DNA of 64,000 bases from an uncultured Allobaculum sp. (GTDB lineage: Bacteria > Bacillota_I > Bacilli_A > Erysipelotrichales > Erysipelotrichaceae): the NCBI GenBank assembly GCA_910577085.1, contig CAJTLE010000001.1, positions 728-64,727 of the forward strand. The letters are read 5' to 3'. Positions 59,998 through 64,000 of this stretch are shown here, piece after piece (position 1 is the first letter of the stretch; every line of letters begins with the position of its first letter). The notes under the pieces were generated by a model, which did no database searches, was not told the DNA's origin, and was given only the letters and a program-made list of their open reading frames with translations. The translations under genes were made by a program, and so were the position numbers.

Positions 59998-61758
59998 ATG
60001 CCTAAAAAAGGAACAAACAACACAAAAAAGAAAAATGATAACGCCCAGACAGCGTTTCTCAACCTTCATAACTTTCGCAACCTGCCTAAGGAAGTCGTAG
60101 AAGAAGCCCTGTCTGAAGCCATCGAAAAAGCCTATCGCAAACGCAATGATCTTGATGATGCCCGAATTAAAACGGTTTTTGATACGGATGGCCGTATTAA
60201 AGCTTACCGTTTATGGGATGTCGTAGAAACCGTTGAATTCCCGGACTACCAGCTCGATGTCGAAGAAGCTAAAGACATTACCCCAAATCCAAAAGTGGGC
60301 GATGTTCTGGAAGAGGAAACTGACATCGACAACTTTGTCCGTGGTGACATTTCAACTGTCAAAAGCGTCATGCTTCAGAAGATCAAAGAAGCCGAGAAGA
60401 AAGAAATCATCGACAAGTATTCGGACAAAGTCGGCGATATGGTCACTGGTAAAGTTGAATCTGTTGAAAACAAATTTGTCATGGTCCGCTTAGGCGGAAC
60501 TCCAGATGGCAAACTGCAGCCAGGCGCTACAGATGCCGTCATGCGCAAATCTGACCAGATTCCAACTGAAACCTATCAAGAAGGAGAAATGATCAAAGTC
60601 ATCATCTCCAAAGTCGATAAAGAATCCAAAGGATCGATCGTTATGGTCAGCCGTGCTGACAACGATATGATCAAACGTCTGTTTGAAAAAGAAGTACCTG
60701 AAATCTACCAGGGAACCATCGAAATCAAAGCCATCGCCCGTGATCCAGGCCAGCGTGCAAAAATGGCCGTTGTTTCCAAACGCGAAAACATCGACCCAAT
60801 CGGTGCCTGCATCGGTCAGGGTGGTATGCGTGTACGTGCCATTTCTGAAGAGCTGAAGGGTGAAAAAATCGATATCTTCAAATGGTCTGATGATATCCAG
60901 GAACTCGTTAAAAACGCACTGTCCCCAGCTCAGGGCGTTGAAATCTTCTTAGCAGAAGATGCCGGTGACAAACTGCCTTCTGACAAGAACCCACGCCGCC
61001 CAATGAGAGATGGTAAAGTCCGTGAAGACCAGCGCAAAACACTGGTTGCCGCTGTTCCAAACAATCAGCTGTCCTTAGCCATCGGTAAAAAAGGTCAGAA
61101 CGCAAAACTGGCTTATAAATTAACTGGTCATCGCATCGATATCCGTTCTCAGGAAGAACTCGATGAGCTCGGTCTTGACTGGCGCGCTCTTGTTGAAAAG
61201 ATGCATAACGAATACGAAGAAAAGAAAGCCCAGGAGCATGCCTACAAACAGGCTCAGCGTATTGAAGAGCTCAAAAATGCTTCTGGCCAGACTGCCGTTA
61301 TGCCGCATCTGAGCGAACTCGAATCGGATGAAGTCTTTGAAGACGAAACCCTCAAACCAGCAGCTCCTGCCAAAGAAGCAGCTCCAGCAGCCAGTGAGGC
61401 AAAATCTGACAATGCTCAGGATCTTGAAGAAGCAGCCCGCATTGCCAAGGAAAACCGTCGTTCTCTTGCCGAAAGACGCACCAACTACGTTTCTAAATTT
61501 GAAACGGTAGAACCTGCCAAAGCAGAACCTGCTGCTCCAGCCCGTCCTTCCAAACCTTATCGTTCCAAAGACGACAACAAGAAAGAAGAACGCCGCGTCG
61601 AGAAGAAGAAACCTGCCTTCAATACGATGCACCCAATCTATACGGAAGATGAACTCGAAGAGATCGAAAACAACGAACTCGAAGAAGAAATGAACGCTTC
61701 CTGGAACGAAGACATCGACTACGAAGAATACGATTCTTACTACGACGATGAATACTAG
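59998..61758 (+). CDS. nusA: Transcription termination/antitermination factor NusA with a long charged C-terminal extension
   Basis: S1 (GDMVTGKVESVENKFVMVRLG) and KH (IGACIGQGGMRVRAI, AIGKKGQNAKLA), followed by ~200 aa of E/K/A-rich tail. Confidence 0.95.
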   Translation: MPKKGTNNTKKKNDNAQTAFLNLHNFRNLPKEVVEEALSEAIEKAYRKRNDLDDARIKTVFDTDGRIKAYRLWDVVETVEFPDYQLDVEEAKDITPNPKVGDVLEEETDIDNFVRGDISTVKSVMLQKIKEAEKKEIIDKYSDKVGDMVTGKVESVENKFVMVRLGGTPDGKLQPGATDAVMRKSDQIPTETYQEGEMIKVIISKVDKESKGSIVMVSRADNDMIKRLFEKEVPEIYQGTIEIKAIARDPGQRAKMAVVSKRENIDPIGACIGQGGMRVRAISEELKGEKIDIFKWSDDIQELVKNALSPAQGVEIFLAEDAGDKLPSDKNPRRPMRDGKVREDQRKTLVAAVPNNQLSLAIGKKGQNAKLAYKLTGHRIDIRSQEELDELGLDWRALVEKMHNEYEEKKAQEHAYKQAQRIEELKNASGQTAVMPHLSELESDEVFEDETLKPAAPAKEAAPAASEAKSDNAQDLEEAARIAKENRRSLAERRTNYVSKFETVEPAKAEPAAPARPSKPYRSKDDNKKEERRVEKKKPAFNTMHPIYTEDELEEIENNELEEEMNASWNEDIDYEEYDSYYDDEY

Positions 61759-62072
61759 GCCAAAAGCCTGATGGACTCTGTCCTTAAACAAGAAATCTTG
61801 AAAAGAAGTCTTAAATGAAACACAGATTCGATCTGACTGATGGATCACCCGATAAAAAGACGGTGATCCATTCAGATCGAAATTGATATCCCTGACCAGA
61901 CAGAAAGCGATACAAAAAGCTTTGGCATTGATCTTGAACGACAATCTCCGCTAAAAAATGTCAGATTTCCATTGATCTTCCAAAACTTTCCAGTCACAAT
62001 AGACTGTCTGGACTCTGCCTGATCGGGCCTTGACGCCCAGTCAGGCGGTTTTCAGGAAGAAAGGAAACGGAT

Positions 62073-62333
62073 ATGCGTAAAATTCCAATGCGAAAATGCG
62101 TGGTCACGCAGGAACGCTTCCCCAAACAGGAACTGATCCGGGTGGTCCGCACTCCGGAAAATGAAGTCATTGTAGATGTCACGGGCAAGAAAAACGGCCA
62201 TGGCGCCTACATCCAGAAATCGTTAGAGACCCTGGAAAAAGCCAAGAAAAACAAAGCACTGGCACGTGCTCTGGAATGTGAAATTCCACAGGAAGTCTAC
62301 GATAAACTGGAACTGGTCATCCGTGCCGGCTGA
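62073..62333 (+). CDS. ylxR: YlxR-family (DUF448) RNA-binding protein
   Basis: MRKIPMRKCVVTQERFPKQELIRVV is typical; located between nusA and infB. Confidence 0.85.
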   Translation: MRKIPMRKCVVTQERFPKQELIRVVRTPENEVIVDVTGKKNGHGAYIQKSLETLEKAKKNKALARALECEIPQEVYDKLELVIRAG

Positions 62334-62676
62334 TCAGATTCTCTCTTTAGCGCAGCTGTGTGTCCGCACCGGCCGCTTTGCCAAAGGAGATGCTTTAATC
62401 CCATCCATTCAGAAAGAACAGGCAAAAGTTGTTTTGCTCAGTGATGGATGTGGAGCCAATCGTGCCAAAAAAATTCAGGACAAATGTGCCTACTATCAGA
62501 TTCCGCTGATTGTTCTTCCTTCAGCAAAATTCGAGAGCATCAGCTCCAAAATCAATGGAGCCTTTGCGATTCTCGATCCCGGTTTTGCCAAAGGAATCAT
62601 TCAGGCTGCCGAGCATCGTGAAGATGTACAGGCATTCAATCTGACAAAGACCAGTAAACCTGAAACCAGTCAATAG
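62323..62676 (+). CDS. L7Ae-family RNA-binding protein (YlxQ-like)
   Basis: Conserved position. GTG 62323 overlaps the ylxR stop. The track ORF starts at 62266 inside ylxR. Confidence 0.7.
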   Translation: MPADQILSLAQLCVRTGRFAKGDALIPSIQKEQAKVVLLSDGCGANRAKKIQDKCAYYQIPLIVLPSAKFESISSKINGAFAILDPGFAKGIIQAAEHREDVQAFNLTKTSKPETSQ

Positions 62677-62773
62677 CCTCCTGTATGAGGCCCTGCTTCT
62701 AATCTCAAAAGCGACGCTTTTGATTGGAAGCAGAGTTTCATGCAGGGAAAAATTAGAGAAGGATGGTGGTGAA

Positions 62774-64000
62774 ATGGCTAATAAGCCAGTAAAACGCAAA
62801 CCGGCAAACAACCGTAACCGCAACAACAATAACCGGAATAACAACCGCAATAACCATGCTCCCAGACCAAGAATTGAGTATCCAAAAGAAATTACTTACT
62901 CTCTTCCGATTACCATCGGCGAACTCGCTGAACTGATGAAACGGAACTCTTCCGAAATCATTAAGTTCCTGTTTCTGCTTGGCAATATGTCAACCATTAA
63001 CACAAGCCTGACCGACGATGAAATCGAACTGATCTGTGAAGAATTCAAAGTGAAACCTCACAAAGAAGTCATTATCGCGGATGATGATATCGAAGACCAG
63101 ATCGCAAACCGTGTCTTTGATGAAAAAGATCTGAAACCAAGACCACCAGTGGTTACAATCATGGGTCACGTTGACCATGGTAAAACAACCCTGCTCGACA
63201 CCATTCGAAATGCACATGTTGTCAAAGGCGAATTTGGCGGCATTACCCAGCATATTGGTGCCTACCAGGCATCTGTCAACGGTCGTAAGGTTACCTTCCT
63301 GGATACTCCAGGTCACGAAGCCTTCACTGCCATGCGTGCCCGTGGTGCTCAGATCACCGATATCGTTGTTCTGATTGTTGCAGCCGACGATGGTGTCATG
63401 CCACAGACCAAAGAATCCATTGACCACGCCCGTGCGGCAGGTGTTCCAATGGTTGTTGCTGTCAACAAGATTGATAAACCAGGTGCTAACCCAGAACGCG
63501 TTATGAGCGAACTGGCAAACGAAGGCGTTATGCCTGAAGACTGGGGCGGCGATACAATCTTCAACGAAATCTCAGCCCGTTCTGGACAGGGTGTTGACGA
63601 TCTGCTTGAATCCCTGCTGTTAGTTGCTGACATGGAGGAGCTCAAAGCCAACCCGGATGTACCAGCTTCCGGTACTGTAATCGAAGCCAAACTGGATAAA
63701 GGCCGCGGTCCAGTTGCTACCCTGCTTGTTCAGCAGGGTACTCTGAAATCCGGCGACTCTGTCGTTGTCGGCAGTGCTTATGGCCGTATCCGTAAGATGA
63801 CTTCCGATAAAGGAATGGAACTTAAGAGCGCTGGTCCATCGACTCCAGTCGAAATCATCGGTCTGAACGAAGTACCAAAAGCCGGTGATGTATTCATGGT
63901 TTACGACTCCTACAAACGTGCAGCTGAAATTGCCCAGAGTCGTGCCCAGAAACAGATTGAACAGGAACGTTCGGCAACTTCTGCCCGTTCCTTAGAAGAT
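62774..64000 (+). CDS. infB: Translation initiation factor IF-2 (3' end beyond the window)
   Basis: My own translation from ATG 62774 gives [20 protein letters not shown]..., then [19 protein letters not shown] (G1), DTPGHEAF and NKIDK. The frame is open to nt 64000. Confidence 0.9.
   Translation, partial: MANKPVKRKPANNRNRNNNNRNNNRNNHAPRPRIEYPKEITYSLPITIGELAELMKRNSSEIIKFLFLLGNMSTINTSLTDDEIELICEEFKVKPHKEVIIADDDIEDQIANRVFDEKDLKPRPPVVTIMGHVDHGKTTLLDTIRNAHVVKGEFGGITQHIGAYQASVNGRKVTFLDTPGHEAFTAMRARGAQITDIVVLIVAADDGVMPQTKESIDHARAAGVPMVVAVNKIDKPGANPERVMSELANEGVMPEDWGGDTIFNEISARSGQGVDDLLESLLLVADMEELKANPDVPASGTVIEAKLDKGRGPVATLLVQQGTLKSGDSVVVGSAYGRIRKMTSDKGMELKSAGPSTPVEIIGLNEVPKAGDVFMVYDSYKRAAEIAQSRAQKQIEQERSATSARSLED

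Noticed and set aside
62774-62870. Asn/Arg-rich run ([16 protein letters not shown]) at the IF-2 N-terminus and the long E/K-rich NusA tail (61200-61758) as possible anomalies
   Set aside because: N-terminal regions of IF-2 and C-terminal extensions of NusA are known to be hypervariable and low-complexity. This is noted but not considered a distinct system.
1-64000. Scan for tRNA, rRNA, tmRNA, transposase, integrase and CRISPR-cas
   Set aside because: No T-arm/GTTCGAATC-type motifs, rRNA-like segments, DDE/tyrosine-recombinase-like ORFs or repeat-spacer arrays were recognised by eye. A tRNAscan/Infernal/ISfinder run would be needed for a definitive negative.

Overview
This is a 64-kb chromosomal segment of a Bacillota (Firmicutes)-type genome: roughly 50% GC by eye, Shine-Dalgarno-led genes, lipobox lipoproteins and a T-box leader. 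From about 18.8 kb to the end it is core housekeeping DNA in Bacillus-like order. The order is mnmA-recD2-[T-box]-alaS-ireB-ruvX-DUF1292-mltG-greA, holA/rpsT, fmt-lepA-hemW, rpsO-(lipoprotein)-pnp, pepV-trmB-thioredoxin-like, murC-ytxG-like-ytxH-like-LacI/CcpA-like, ybeY-dgkA-era-recO, rqcH, pstSCAB, gmk, and rimP-nusA-ylxR-L7Ae-infB (infB runs off the window). The left 18.8 kb looks accessory and has three parts. (i) A 7.8-kb, tightly coupled four-gene operon (13-7826) encodes large proteins I cannot assign to any characterised family: a soluble protein, a 645-aa protein with a TM hairpin, a 1085-aa polytopic protein with a possibly degenerate helicase-like core, and a Zn-ribbon + HExxH gluzincin-like peptidase. 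This is my best candidate for an undescribed system. (ii) A siroheme/[4Fe-4S] sulfite/nitrite-reductase-like gene, a FecCD-type ABC importer, a macro-domain protein and a convergent siroheme-synthesis operon. (iii) A 2.3-kb AT-rich, gene-poor stretch holds an orphan XRE-HTH gene that may be a toxin-antitoxin remnant. I recognised no rRNA, tRNA, CRISPR array, transposase or integrase. Several unusually long spacers (0.5-1.5 kb) carry tandem or phased repeats, hairpins and mini-ORFs worth checking. All functional calls come from motif recognition by eye and from synteny. No database search was run.
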